Made by a program: the position numbers and the translations under genes. From Candidatus Shapirobacteria bacterium (lineage in GTDB: Bacteria > Patescibacteriota > Microgenomatia > UBA12405): a DNA stretch of 64,000 nt. The notes below the pieces were generated by a model that was given only the letters and a program-made list of their open reading frames with translations, ran no database searches and was not told the origin of the DNA. Position 1 is the first letter of the stretch. Each line of letters opens with the position of its first letter. The stretch covers positions 494,819-558,818 of the forward strand of contig JBAZYN010000001.1 in the NCBI GenBank assembly GCA_041659325.1, in the 5' to 3' direction. Below are positions 31,155 to 40,935 of the stretch, piece by piece.

Positions 31155-31451
31155 TTACTTTTTTAATATTAAATAACGTATAATTTTCGGCTCTCTGTTC
31201 AAAAATAAATTAAATTCCTTAAATTGAATCGGTTTTTCGCCTTCCACGTCCAAAACCCAAAAATCACCTTTTCCAAAATCCCTTATTTTATAAACCATAT
31301 CAATCATTCCCAAATGATTTTTGGAAACTACTTTGGCCTTGGCATCATCAACCCAACCCTCTATCTTTACCAAAACCTCTTCTTTTTCTTTTTCTTCGAT
31401 TTTTGGATTCAAAACCGAAACAATCTGATATTTATATTTATTGTCTTTCAT
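31155..31451 (-). CDS. rpsF: 30S ribosomal protein S6
   Basis: YQIVSVLNP..GMIDMVYKI..IIRYLILK; rpsF-ssb-rpsR synteny. Confidence 0.88.
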   Translation of the reverse strand: MKDNKYKYQIVSVLNPKIEEKEKEEVLVKIEGWVDDAKAKVVSKNHLGMIDMVYKIRDFGKGDFWVLDVEGEKPIQFKEFNLFLNREPKIIRYLILKK

Positions 31452-31509
31452 GAACGTACTAGGTTATCACACACCCCTTTGTTTTACAATAATAAACTTG
31501 CCCATATTT

Positions 31510-31710
31510 TCATACAATATCTTCTATCGGCTCTGTCTTCAGAGCCTCAGTATCAGCTTCCTTGTCAATAATTGCCAATATCCTGTCAATCTCTTCGTTT
31601 GTCAGATTATCCGAATCCGCCACCGACTCCAAAATAGAATTTGCCTGGGCCAGTGCCTCCAAAGGCAGCTCCATCGACTCGATTATTTGCTTTGCTTCTT
31701 TTATATCCAT
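31510..31710 (-). CDS. Small acidic hypothetical protein
   Basis: 66-aa helical ORF following cysS. Confidence 0.55.
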   Translation of the reverse strand: MDIKEAKQIIESMELPLEALAQANSILESVADSDNLTNEEIDRILAIIDKEADTEALKTEPIEDIV

Positions 31711-31722
31711 ATTCTCATCAAT

Positions 31723-33117
31723 CTATATTTTCCTAATTATATATCCCTCTTTCGTATCTTCAACTATATATCCCAATTCCCTAATCTCATTTCTAATCGT
31801 ATCTGCTTCCGCCCATTTCTTTTCTTCCTTGCACCTCTGTCTATTTTTGGCCATCACCACCACCGCCTCCGGCACCTTTTCTTCAATCGACTCCCTATCC
31901 AATTTCAGGCCCAACACTTTATCAAAGTCCAATATCGTTGCCAGCTTATCGCCGTCCGCCAAATCCGACTTTGCTAATTTCCAAACAACCGCCATCGCCT
32001 CCGGCATTGCCAAATCATTCTCAATTGCTTCCACAAACTGCTGTTTAAAATCTTTGCTTACCTTCCCCCCGGGAGTTCCATTCTGTTTCCATCTTAAAAC
32101 CATCGACAACAACTTCCGGTACGACAATTCCGCCGTCGCCATACCATCCAGGCTAAAAGTCATCCCCTTTCTGTAATGAGAATTAATCGCCAAATACCTG
32201 TACACCATCGGGTCAAAACCTTTCTCTTTTAACGCTCGTATCGTATACACCTCTCCAACTGATTTACTCATTTTACCCTGTCCTATCGTAATAAAGGCAT
32301 TATGTATCCAATAATTGGCTGTTTGATGTCCGAATGCTCCGCATCCCTGAGCAATTTCATTAGTATGATGTATTGGAATATGGTCTTCCCCTCCCGTATG
32401 AATATCAAAAGTTTCCCCCAAATATTTTGTCGACATCGCCGTACATTCAATATGCCACCCCGGGAATCCCACTCCCCACGGGCTTTCCCACTCCATTTGC
32501 CTCCGGGCTTGCCCTGAGTTTACGCAAGGACTAAATTTCCACAAGGCAAAATCACAGGGGCCCCTTTTCTCCCGGTTCTCTTCCACTCTGGCCCCTTCTT
32601 TAATTTTGTCCGGATTCAACCTGGCAAAATCACAATAGCCCGGAAACTTTGCCGTATCAAAATAAATTCCGTCACTGATTTGATAAGTAAAGCCGTTTTT
32701 CTCTAACCTTTCTATTAGCTCAATCTGATCTTTAATATGATCAGTTGCCCGACAAAAAACCAAAGGTTTCACAATATTAAGCATTTCCAGGCTTTCCATA
32801 AATTCGCTCTCATATTTTTTGGCAATCTCCCACACACTCACCCCCTCTCTTTTTGAGCCCTTTTCCATCTTGTCCTCCCCCTCATCGGCATCTGAGGTCA
32901 AGTGTCCCACATCAGTAATATTCATTACCTGATTAACCTCGTATCCGACATATTTTAAAGTCCTAACCAAAATATCCCAGGCGATATAGGCATACATATT
33001 TCCAATATGTGGACTGGAATAAACCGTCGGACCACAGCTATAAATCCCTGCCTTCCCCTCCTCTCTAGGCTTAAACTCCTCCTTAGACCTCGTCAGTGTA
33101 TTGTAAAACTTGATCAT
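31723..33117 (-). CDS. cysS: Cysteine--tRNA ligase
   Basis: CGPTVY, HIGN, PGWHIEC, HHTNE, KMSKS. Confidence 0.98.
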   Translation of the reverse strand: MIKFYNTLTRSKEEFKPREEGKAGIYSCGPTVYSSPHIGNMYAYIAWDILVRTLKYVGYEVNQVMNITDVGHLTSDADEGEDKMEKGSKREGVSVWEIAKKYESEFMESLEMLNIVKPLVFCRATDHIKDQIELIERLEKNGFTYQISDGIYFDTAKFPGYCDFARLNPDKIKEGARVEENREKRGPCDFALWKFSPCVNSGQARRQMEWESPWGVGFPGWHIECTAMSTKYLGETFDIHTGGEDHIPIHHTNEIAQGCGAFGHQTANYWIHNAFITIGQGKMSKSVGEVYTIRALKEKGFDPMVYRYLAINSHYRKGMTFSLDGMATAELSYRKLLSMVLRWKQNGTPGGKVSKDFKQQFVEAIENDLAMPEAMAVVWKLAKSDLADGDKLATILDFDKVLGLKLDRESIEEKVPEAVVVMAKNRQRCKEEKKWAEADTIRNEIRELGYIVEDTKEGYIIRKI

Positions 33118-33134
33118 ACCAGATTATATCAATA

Positions 33135-33614
33135 TTAATCCGGTTTTTTGGCTTGCTCCATACTCTGATCAACCATGCTAGGTTTCCTCTTACCCTGTCG
33201 CTGTGGACCTTTTTTCTTTTTATTCCCTTCAGATCCGTATTGCGCCGCCATCTCTTCCTGCTCCCGCTTTTCTGCTTCTCTCTGTCTCTTTAAATTTTCC
33301 AAAAACTGTCGTTCTTTCTCGTCTTCGTCCTGTTTTTTTTGATCTTGTATCTGCTTAATTTCCGCCCCCACATTTCTTCCCTGCCCCATTTCTCCTCTGA
33401 TCCTTTCTGCCTCTTCCTGTCTCTTTTTATCGTCCTCAGCCCGCTTTTGTTGCAATTGCCCCTCAGTCATCGGCGTTATGTCCCCCAAAAGCTCCTTGCC
33501 GGTAATTATTGTATTACCAATTTGCGCCACCTGCTTTACCCCTTGTTCTACTGTCTCCATTCCTATTTGTTTTATCGCCTGCAACACTTGTTTTGGAATA
33601 TTATTATCTGTCAT
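33135..33614 (-). CDS. Hypothetical charged coiled-coil protein
   Basis: Q/E/K/R-rich 159-aa ORF with a TAGAAT box upstream. Confidence 0.65.
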   Translation of the reverse strand: MTDNNIPKQVLQAIKQIGMETVEQGVKQVAQIGNTIITGKELLGDITPMTEGQLQQKRAEDDKKRQEEAERIRGEMGQGRNVGAEIKQIQDQKKQDEDEKERQFLENLKRQREAEKREQEEMAAQYGSEGNKKKKGPQRQGKRKPSMVDQSMEQAKKPD

Positions 33615-33638
33615 TTTATTTGAATTCTATAATTTCTA

Positions 33639-33673
33639 ATTACAGATTACTAATTACTGATTACAGTTTACCA
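33639..33673 (+). repeat. 7-bp tandem array x5
   Basis: attacag attacta attactg attacag tttacca, after the recR stop. Confidence 0.85.
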
Positions 33674-33677
33674 ACTC

Positions 33678-34277
33678 TTATATCTCCCTTCTTCCCTCCA
33701 TTGCCCGGCTCAGGGTGGCCTGGTCTGCAAACTCCAAGTCAGCCCCCATCGGCAAACCACTCCCGATTCGGGAAATTTTAAGACCTGATTTTCTCTCTTC
33801 AATTTTCCGCTTTATATAAAGTGCCGTTGCCTCACCCTCCATAGTTGAATTGGTGGCGATTATCACCTCCTCCACCCCGTCAATCCTGGCCAATAATTCA
33901 TCAATCTTTAGGTCATCCGGACCAACATGATCCAGCGGATTGATCACTCCTCCCAACACGTGATAAACCCCCCTATACCCTCCCATATTTTCAAGCGCCA
34001 TCATGTCAATCGCCCTCTCCACCACACAAACCAGTTTATGGTCTCTCTTTTCATCCAGACAAACCACGCACTCATCCTCTTCACTCACCGAAAAACACTT
34101 TTTACAGACTTTGATATCTTTCTTTACATTTATCAAAGCCTGAGCTAGTTCCACCACAAAAGAAGCGGGCGTATTCAAAAGGTAAAAAGCCAGACGAGTC
34201 GCACTTTTGGGCCCAATCCCCGGTAGCCTCTCAAAACCGGTAATCAAATCTCTCAGCGCCTTTGGGAATTGAACCAT
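33678..34277 (-). CDS. recR: Recombination protein RecR
   Basis: LPGIGPKSA, C4 zinc finger, YHVLGG, EGEATA. Confidence 0.97.
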   Translation of the reverse strand: MVQFPKALRDLITGFERLPGIGPKSATRLAFYLLNTPASFVVELAQALINVKKDIKVCKKCFSVSEEDECVVCLDEKRDHKLVCVVERAIDMMALENMGGYRGVYHVLGGVINPLDHVGPDDLKIDELLARIDGVEEVIIATNSTMEGEATALYIKRKIEERKSGLKISRIGSGLPMGADLEFADQATLSRAMEGRREI

Positions 34278-34282
34278 GATTA

Positions 34283-34531
34283 TTAAAACAAACCTTCCAA
34301 ACCGCCCATGTCTTTCATTTTTCTGGCGGCGGCTTCCTGTGATTTTTTCAATCCCTTATTAATAGTATCCACCAGTAGCTTATTTTCTACCCCGTTTATC
34401 GACAAAAATTTCACCTTCTGGTCCCCCGACACCGTAACCCTTACTCCTCCCTCTTCAACCTCTACTACTTCCGCCTCCACCGCTTTTTTTAACTTGAAAG
34501 CCTGAGCCAACATTTTTGCTTTATCAAACAT
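34283..34531 (-). CDS. ybaB: YbaB/EbfC nucleoid-associated protein
   Basis: GGVRVTVSGDQ; lies between dnaX and recR. Confidence 0.88.
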   Translation of the reverse strand: MFDKAKMLAQAFKLKKAVEAEVVEVEEGGVRVTVSGDQKVKFLSINGVENKLLVDTINKGLKKSQEAAARKMKDMGGLEGLF

Positions 34532-34574
34532 ATTTTTTAAATAACTTTTAATCCGCCCTTATTCTATCGAAAAT

Positions 34575-36140
34575 CTACCCAAAAATCTCTTTGGCCACTT
34601 CATATATATCTTTTGTACTGTTATCAGCATTGTTTTTCTCCAAAGATAACTCACTGCTCACCGCCTCAAGGGGCGTGTCGTTTTTTATTACCAGAGGCTC
34701 CTTTTTGCCCTTACTTAGGACACATTCAAACGCCATATCCACCCCGTAAACTTTCGACAAGCCCATTTCTACCACCTTACGGTTTTTTGCTTCTTCAAGT
34801 CTATCCTTATGAAACGGATAAAAAACCTCCAAAATTAATGTCTTTCCCCGCACTAATTTTGGCCGGGCTGCCCTCAAAAACGCCTCTACCGAATGATTAA
34901 ATGGCTTGACCGCTGACAGCATTTTTGACCACTCTTTTTCCACTTTTTCCAGCTCCAAGCTACCACCCGCAACTTTGAGCTCAGCCTCCTCCCTTTCTTC
35001 CGGCTCACTTACCATCTCAGTCCTGATTTCTTCGACTCTCAGTACGGTTTCCGTCACCACCGTCGTCTCGACTTTGCTGTCACCCGCCATCGGGGCCTTT
35101 CCCACCCCCAAGAATTCCGCCACCGCTAGCTGTAATGGCAGCTGATCAATATTTACTTCTTTCTCCTGTTTACTGGCAGCTATCAGCAAATTTATAAGTC
35201 GGGAAACTTCCTTCAACCCCAATCCCGTATCCTCCGACAAGCCCACTTCATTTTCAAAAAAAGCCACCAACCTTTTTTGCAGATACTCCAATAACTTTTC
35301 TCTAAATACCGAAAAGTCGGCCCCTTCCCCAGCCATTTTCTCCAGTCTTTCCATAATCTTTCTCCCGTCTCCCAAAACCAAATCAGCACAAATTTCCTTC
35401 TCCCCATACTCTCCCGAAATAGTCTCCATATATTTCTTTGCCTTATCGTATGTAATTTTATTACCCAACTGAAGATACAATTCGTTAAACTTTCTTTGCA
35501 AATTTCTAAAACTTCCATCGCTTTCCGACACCAACAAATCTATCGTTTTATCGTCAATCTCAATCCCTTCTCCGATTATTATTTTCTTCAAAGAACTCAC
35601 TAGCTCCTTCTTTGCTCCCTTGCCAAAATCAACCCTCATCAACCTCGACAAAACCGTTTCGGGGATTTTTTGAGGATCAGTTGTACACAAAATAAAAATA
35701 GTATTTTTGGGTGGTTCTTCAATCAGCTTTAACATGGCGTTAAACGCCTCTTTAGTCAACATATGAACCTCATCGATTATGAAAACCTTTTGTTTGAGTT
35801 TGCTTGGCAACAGATATGCCCTATCCTTCAATACCCTGATATCATCAATTCCCCGATTTGATGCCGCATCAATTTCAATGATATCCATACTGCTCCCCCG
35901 GCTAATTTCCTCACAGTTTTCACAAATATTACACGGCTCCACTCCTTGCGGTTTTAAACAATTTACCGCCCTGGCCATAATTCTGGCCGCCGACGTCTTT
36001 CCCGATCCTTTTGGGCCGGAAAACAAAAAGGCCTGAGGGGTGTCTTTCGACTTTAAAATTTTGGTCAAGCTTCCACCCACCCGTAATAAATCAAGATCAG
36101 AAATCCTCTGCGGCCGATATTTTAGATGAAAAACAGACAT
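34575..36140 (-). CDS. dnaX: DNA polymerase III gamma/tau subunit
   Basis: KYRPQ, GPKGSGKTS, EIDAASNRG, IIDEVHML. Confidence 0.97.
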   Translation of the reverse strand: MSVFHLKYRPQRISDLDLLRVGGSLTKILKSKDTPQAFLFSGPKGSGKTSAARIMARAVNCLKPQGVEPCNICENCEEISRGSSMDIIEIDAASNRGIDDIRVLKDRAYLLPSKLKQKVFIIDEVHMLTKEAFNAMLKLIEEPPKNTIFILCTTDPQKIPETVLSRLMRVDFGKGAKKELVSSLKKIIIGEGIEIDDKTIDLLVSESDGSFRNLQRKFNELYLQLGNKITYDKAKKYMETISGEYGEKEICADLVLGDGRKIMERLEKMAGEGADFSVFREKLLEYLQKRLVAFFENEVGLSEDTGLGLKEVSRLINLLIAASKQEKEVNIDQLPLQLAVAEFLGVGKAPMAGDSKVETTVVTETVLRVEEIRTEMVSEPEEREEAELKVAGGSLELEKVEKEWSKMLSAVKPFNHSVEAFLRAARPKLVRGKTLILEVFYPFHKDRLEEAKNRKVVEMGLSKVYGVDMAFECVLSKGKKEPLVIKNDTPLEAVSSELSLEKNNADNSTKDIYEVAKEIFG

Positions 36141-36185
36141 CAGACAGATTTAACCAAAACGAGTCTGACTTTACAATGGCTTTAA

Positions 36186-36548
36186 CTATATCACCAAATT
36201 ATTTACCCCGTGTTTCAACCATTCAAGCAACACTTTCTCGAGCCTGCTTTTTTGGAAAACAACCTCATACTTCAACTTTTCAGTACATATAACTATATCA
36301 CCCAACCTTATTCTTCCATCTGCCATGGGCTCTTTCGACATTGGGAAGCCCAAAACTTGCGGGATATAGTTCTTCTTTCTGTATTCCATGTTATATTTTT
36401 TCGCCTTTTCCCTACCCACAAATAATATACTTAGCTCCACCCCTCTCGGATACCCAAAACTTTTCAGCGCCTTTTCTGCCACTCTCAAAACCATTACCTC
36501 ATCCAACCCCCAATTCTTCGGGTGCTTTATCAGAATAACATTATTCAT
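36186..36548 (-). CDS. ybeY: rRNA maturation RNase YbeY-like protein (degenerate)
   Basis: YNMEYRKKNYIPQVLGFP, LGDIVIC; only the first His of the HxxxHxxxxxH motif remains. Confidence 0.8.
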   Translation of the reverse strand: MNNVILIKHPKNWGLDEVMVLRVAEKALKSFGYPRGVELSILFVGREKAKKYNMEYRKKNYIPQVLGFPMSKEPMADGRIRLGDIVICTEKLKYEVVFQKSRLEKVLLEWLKHGVNNLVI

Positions 36549-36557
36549 ATTTATAAG

Positions 36558-36590
36558 TCTCCCTTGTCAAAGGGAGATTTAGAGGGATTT
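36558..36590 (+). repeat. Hairpin repeat family B copy
   Basis: tctcccttgtcaaagggaga-tttagagggattt; overlaps the yqeY stop codon. Confidence 0.65.
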
Positions 36591-37016
36591 GGTCCTTTCT
36601 TTCACCATCTTTGAAATCATCTCTCCGCCTGCTCTCCCTGCTACCTTAATCATCACGTTTTTCATCACCAACCCAAAGTTACCCCCAAATTCAGCCACAA
36701 CTTCATCAACAATCTTTTCCACCTCCGACTCGGACATCTCTTGTGGTAGATATTCGTTTACCACTTCAATCTCATAATCCTGCTGTTTTACCAAATCCTC
36801 CCTTCCGGCTTTCAAAAACATTTCTCTCGACTCTTGTTTATTTTTTAGTTCCTTACGCAAAACAGAAATTTCTTCCTTGTCAGTCATTCCCCCGGGTGGT
36901 AATTGCATTTCTCTCTTATCAATCAAAGATATCAAAAACCGCAACACATCCACCCGGGCGGAATCCCGATTTTTCAAAGCCAAAACACTATCAGATTTTA
37001 GTTTGTCTCTAAGCAT
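36579..37016 (-). CDS. GatB/YqeY domain protein
   Basis: ALKNRD..RVDVLR, F.KAGREDL, YLPQEMSE, GLVMK. Confidence 0.93.
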   Translation of the reverse strand: MLRDKLKSDSVLALKNRDSARVDVLRFLISLIDKREMQLPPGGMTDKEEISVLRKELKNKQESREMFLKAGREDLVKQQDYEIEVVNEYLPQEMSESEVEKIVDEVVAEFGGNFGLVMKNVMIKVAGRAGGEMISKMVKERTKSL

Positions 37017-37224
37017 GCCTTCTGGAATTTTTAGCTCTTTTCCGGCACTTTTCACGCCAGATTATGATTTTCTTTTTTGCGTACCTTTCTTCCGAGGGTT
37101 TGGTATAAGCCGCCCTTTTTCTTACTTCCTCAGTAATATCCTCCTCAATACACAACCGCCGAAACTTACCAATCACATCATCTTTGGACTCGCCCTTTTT
37201 TTTCTTTACAATTATTGGCATCAA
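37009..37224 (-). CDS. rpsU: 30S ribosomal protein S21
   Basis: GES.D..I.KFRR..EVRKR..YTKPSEER; SD GGAGGT; rpsU-yqeY synteny. Confidence 0.9.
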   Translation of the reverse strand: MMPIIVKKKKGESKDDVIGKFRRLCIEEDITEEVRKRAAYTKPSEERYAKKKIIIWREKCRKRAKNSRRHA

Positions 37225-37259
37225 TTCACCTCCTTTATTGACATAAGGTGTATTCTATC

Positions 37260-37910
37260 TTATTTTTTCTTAGACTTCAAACACTCAATCACGTCTATAC
37301 TGTTAGATATTTTCTTCCCGTTAAAAGTGTCCCCAACTCCGCAACCCGTTGAAGTCGGAACCGGCGCTCTCGAAGTTTTGGGCTGGGCCTTCAGGCATTC
37401 AACCACGTCCAGACTGTTTGCTATTTTTTTACCGTTGTAAGTACTCCCCACCACACATCCCGGGGGGGCAGTCACTGTGGGGACAATCACCATATTTGGC
37501 GTCGCTACCGGCTCCGGTGCCGCCATTGTTTTAAAGGAGTATGGGATACCGTTGTTATCAAAAACCTCTTCTCCTACCCTGATTCTAAAATAATAGTTTG
37601 CTCCTTGTTTTAGAGGGGTCAAAGTCATCTTATGACTTACTACCGATTCTGTTTCCACTGCCCTCAAAAGTAAACTTGCCGGAGTCGATCCGTATTCCAC
37701 TACCCCCATAGACGCCTTATCAGAAGTCCAGGAAATCACAGCACTCTTCCCGTCGGCCAATGGTTTTGCCAACACATCTTTTGGTGCCGTATCAGCCGCC
37801 GCCCCGCTCATATATGTCCTCACAGTATTTATCCCCAACACCCCCAACACCCCTACCAATAAAATAATTACCAGAACAACAATCGATTTTACATTCACCG
37901 CCCCTCTCAT
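37260..37910 (-). CDS. Membrane-anchored FN3-domain protein with two C-terminal dockerin-like repeats
   Basis: SAVISWTSD..VEYG..H...L..LKQGANYYFRI (FN3); GC.VG.T.NGKKI.NS.DV.ECLK x2. Confidence 0.75.
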   Translation of the reverse strand: MRGAVNVKSIVVLVIILLVGVLGVLGINTVRTYMSGAAADTAPKDVLAKPLADGKSAVISWTSDKASMGVVEYGSTPASLLLRAVETESVVSHKMTLTPLKQGANYYFRIRVGEEVFDNNGIPYSFKTMAAPEPVATPNMVIVPTVTAPPGCVVGSTYNGKKIANSLDVVECLKAQPKTSRAPVPTSTGCGVGDTFNGKKISNSIDVIECLKSKKK

Positions 37911-37911
37911 T

Positions 37912-38637
37912 TTATAACCATCCAAGTAATAGTATGGAAAGTATACTGACACTGCCAAAAACTAATAAGCCCATCGTCGGACCAAAACCACCGGTCCGTG
38001 GCAACTCAGCCTCTGTACTCGTTGTGGTAGTCGTTGTCGTAGAAGTCGAAGTTAACGGAGTTGGAGTCGCGGCAGGATTGGAAGTCGGTGTAGGCCCACT
38101 GGCAGCCTCAACAATAGTATAGGACCCGCTCTGGTTTGCCGCACAGCTGACCACATCAGCCCCATCTTGGTTAGCAATATTTGTATCTCTAGTATTCCCC
38201 TGAGTACAGGCCAAATTAACAATTGCCGTCCCCACCGCTTTTGTCCTAAAAGTGAATGTCAGTAAAGGCCCAGAGACAGTGGCCGAATCGTACAGACTTG
38301 TTGAAGTCGGTGCCAAGGTCATCTCAAAAGTACCAGAGTCGTTTTGAATTTTTGCCGTTCCCGCATCAAAGGTAAAGTTAAAAGCCGGCGCCGAAACCCT
38401 TTCCACCGATAGCAACTCCAGTTTAGTCGCATCAAAGCTCCCCATCACATCCATTGCCAAAACCTTTTCCGCATCCGATTCAGCCCCCAGAACAACTACA
38501 ATGTTTGAACCCACCGTATATGTTCCCGTTGCCGGGGTAAATGTAAATCTCGGAGCCGCAAAAGCTTTTACCGGAGTCACCACCAACATCAGAAACGCAA
38601 CCAGGGAAACCAGTAAAAACTTTACTTTTAGATTCAT
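37912..38637 (-). CDS. Cohesin-domain protein with LPXTG-like sorting signal
   Basis: Signal peptide, cohesin-like FTPATGTYTVG..FDATKLEL..TFTFRTKAVGTA, Thr linker, LPRTG plus C-terminal TM. Confidence 0.75.
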   Translation of the reverse strand: MNLKVKFLLVSLVAFLMLVVTPVKAFAAPRFTFTPATGTYTVGSNIVVVLGAESDAEKVLAMDVMGSFDATKLELLSVERVSAPAFNFTFDAGTAKIQNDSGTFEMTLAPTSTSLYDSATVSGPLLTFTFRTKAVGTAIVNLACTQGNTRDTNIANQDGADVVSCAANQSGSYTIVEAASGPTPTSNPAATPTPLTSTSTTTTTTTSTEAELPRTGGFGPTMGLLVFGSVSILSILLLGWL

Positions 38638-39231
38638 TTATTTTATTACCTCAATAGTTAATTTGCTGCCTGAATAAGGTAACGCCTTAGCAGTAGCATT
38701 CTCTACAAACATAGTAGCAGACTCGTTTGTACCGTTTCCAGTACTTACTTCAAAACTAAAATCCCCAACTACTTTTGGAGTTGCTTCAAAGCTCACCAGG
38801 TTCAAAACATCACCCTCGGCCAATTTCATCCCCTGAGTATCCGAAATCAAAAAGTTTACTACTATCATTCCCTTTGTAGTACTGACCTTACTAAATGTCG
38901 GACTAGGCAACTTCGGATCAAAAGTTAAGCTATCAATATCAAATGATTTCGGGTCATATTTAACATACAAATTTAACGAATCAAGAGATCTCTCGTTCTT
39001 CGCAAGCATATTAACTTCCACCATCGACGGCTTTCCTGCCTGCATCTGGCTCTCCCCTGCAAAAACCAAGCTAAAATCAGGGTTGGAAACCACTTCTGAC
39101 GGAATCAGGGCAACATCTCCACCCGGAGGAGTCACCACCAGATTCTTCTTTGCCAGACCTGAAAATAAAATAATACTTTCGGCAATCACCAAAACTGCCG
39201 CAATTGGTACTAATATTTTAAAATAATTCAT
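38638..39231 (-). CDS. Membrane-anchored cohesin-domain protein
   Basis: N-terminal TM; LDSLNLYVKYDPKSFDI..LVSFEATPKVVG. Confidence 0.7.
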   Translation of the reverse strand: MNYFKILVPIAAVLVIAESIILFSGLAKKNLVVTPPGGDVALIPSEVVSNPDFSLVFAGESQMQAGKPSMVEVNMLAKNERSLDSLNLYVKYDPKSFDIDSLTFDPKLPSPTFSKVSTTKGMIVVNFLISDTQGMKLAEGDVLNLVSFEATPKVVGDFSFEVSTGNGTNESATMFVENATAKALPYSGSKLTIEVIK

Positions 39232-39293
39232 ATTTTTCCTCCGTTTGTTTTTTTATAATTTCTTCTAATTTAAAGATAACACAGAACTTCCAA

Positions 39294-40934
39294 CTAATAC
39301 AATTGCTCTAATTTATCTTTTAATGTTTGTTTAAACAAAGCTGTATCAATTCCGTTAACCTTACAGTTCCCGTCCATATCGGCCTGTAAGTAGCCACCGT
39401 CATCTACCTCGTCAATTCTGGTTGCGGCTGATTTCACATAAGAGTAATCAAGACCGTCAACCACCCCATCGGGTACTCCAACCGTCGCTCCGGTCACATC
39501 ACCCGGCATTACCGGATATCTCGAAAAATCATAAAGTGGTGTTGTGTCTGCATCATCGGTCAGAGCTAAATTACCCCATGTCGAAGCAAAATATTCAGAT
39601 TGGTTATCAATCCCATACTTCACCTGAAGATGCTTTGGTCCCTTAAAAAATACGGCTATTCCCTCATAATATGGGAAGTCCGTCAAAACTACTTGGCCTC
39701 CATAAACAACCCTCTCGCTTATTGACGTGTTCAGTACCGGTATCTGCCCGGGATATATCTTAATAGTCCCCTCCGGTGCCAAAACTGTCACCGTCACCGG
39801 CCAATTTACCGCACACATATTGCCCGCCAGTACATCCCTGTAAGAAATCATGTATTTCAAAATCGGCCAACCGGCTGTCATTGGTGGCGTCTCTGTCGGC
39901 AAAAGAGTGTTGGTTGGCCTTAACGTATTTGTCGGCCTCGGTGGCGTCTCTGTCGGCACATCGGCCAGTGGTGTTTCTGTGGGCATCAGGGTATTTGTTG
40001 GTTTTAGTGTATTCGTTGGTCTCACTGGCGTGTTAGTTGGGACGAGGGTATTGGTCGGTCTCAATGTATTCGTTGGCTTCACTGGTGTTTGTGTAGGCCT
40101 CAGCGTATTGGTGGGAATAAGCGTTCCTGTCGGTCTCAATGTATTCGTTGGTCTCACTGGTGTGTTAGTTGGGACGAGGGTATTGGTCGGTCTCAATGTA
40201 TTCGTTGGCTTCACTGGTGTTTGTGTAGGCCTCAGCGTATTGGTGGGAATAAGCGTTCCTGTCGGTCTCAATGTATTTGTTGGTTTTGGTGTAATAGTCG
40301 GGGTCACTTCCGACTGGCTGCCATCTTCAATCACATAACTCATCCCGGTAACTCTATCTATCGACATCGCCGTATCGGTAGTCGTTGAATTACCCGACAC
40401 AACCGATTTACTCTTATCAAGAGTTATCATCCCCGTCGTTGTCGATCCGCCCGCCGTAAACATCAATTTGGCCACATTTACCACTCCGGAGCTCAAATCC
40501 GCTTCCGGCTTGTTAGAAGTCACCGATAAATTAATACATCTATTAATCCCCGCAGGGTAATTGCTGCCACCAACCGCTACCATCATCGACAATGGCACCT
40601 CATTAAACGAGCTCGTTTCTTTATTTACAATTATCACTTTGTCCAAATCAGTCTCATCAACCGAAAGCTTAGTACTGTCATAACAAACCTGAGTGGTTAC
40701 CCCCACTACTTTCGCCTTTTCCGACCCACCCGTTACGTTCCCCGTTTCAACCCACAACTGCACTGGAAAAGCCTCATTCATTTTCAATACTCTGTTCTCG
40801 GGTAAAAGAAATAATTTTGATCCGGCAAAGTACGCCCCGCTTCTGGTATCCCTGCTCCTGCCGGTCAAAAACACTGCCCCGGCAAGAGCGATCAGCAAGA
40901 CCACCCCAAAAACAATGGTCCCTGCCTTTTTCAT
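39294..40934 (-). CDS. Surface protein: cohesin-like domain, PT-rich linker and C-terminal dockerin
   Basis: N-terminal TM, VCYDSTKL..VAKLMFTA, PTNTLR repeats, GDVTG..DGVVDGLDY and ADMDGNCKVNGID. Confidence 0.75.
   Translation of the reverse strand: MKKAGTIVFGVVLLIALAGAVFLTGRSRDTRSGAYFAGSKLFLLPENRVLKMNEAFPVQLWVETGNVTGGSEKAKVVGVTTQVCYDSTKLSVDETDLDKVIIVNKETSSFNEVPLSMMVAVGGSNYPAGINRCINLSVTSNKPEADLSSGVVNVAKLMFTAGGSTTTGMITLDKSKSVVSGNSTTTDTAMSIDRVTGMSYVIEDGSQSEVTPTITPKPTNTLRPTGTLIPTNTLRPTQTPVKPTNTLRPTNTLVPTNTPVRPTNTLRPTGTLIPTNTLRPTQTPVKPTNTLRPTNTLVPTNTPVRPTNTLKPTNTLMPTETPLADVPTETPPRPTNTLRPTNTLLPTETPPMTAGWPILKYMISYRDVLAGNMCAVNWPVTVTVLAPEGTIKIYPGQIPVLNTSISERVVYGGQVVLTDFPYYEGIAVFFKGPKHLQVKYGIDNQSEYFASTWGNLALTDDADTTPLYDFSRYPVMPGDVTGATVGVPDGVVDGLDYSYVKSAATRIDEVDDGGYLQADMDGNCKVNGIDTALFKQTLKDKLEQLY
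40008..40277. repeat. 132-bp tandem duplication within the PT linker
   Basis: Units begin at 40009 and 40141 and are near-identical (44 aa each), built from 6-7 aa PTNTLR sub-repeats. Confidence 0.9.
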
Positions 40935-40935
40935 T

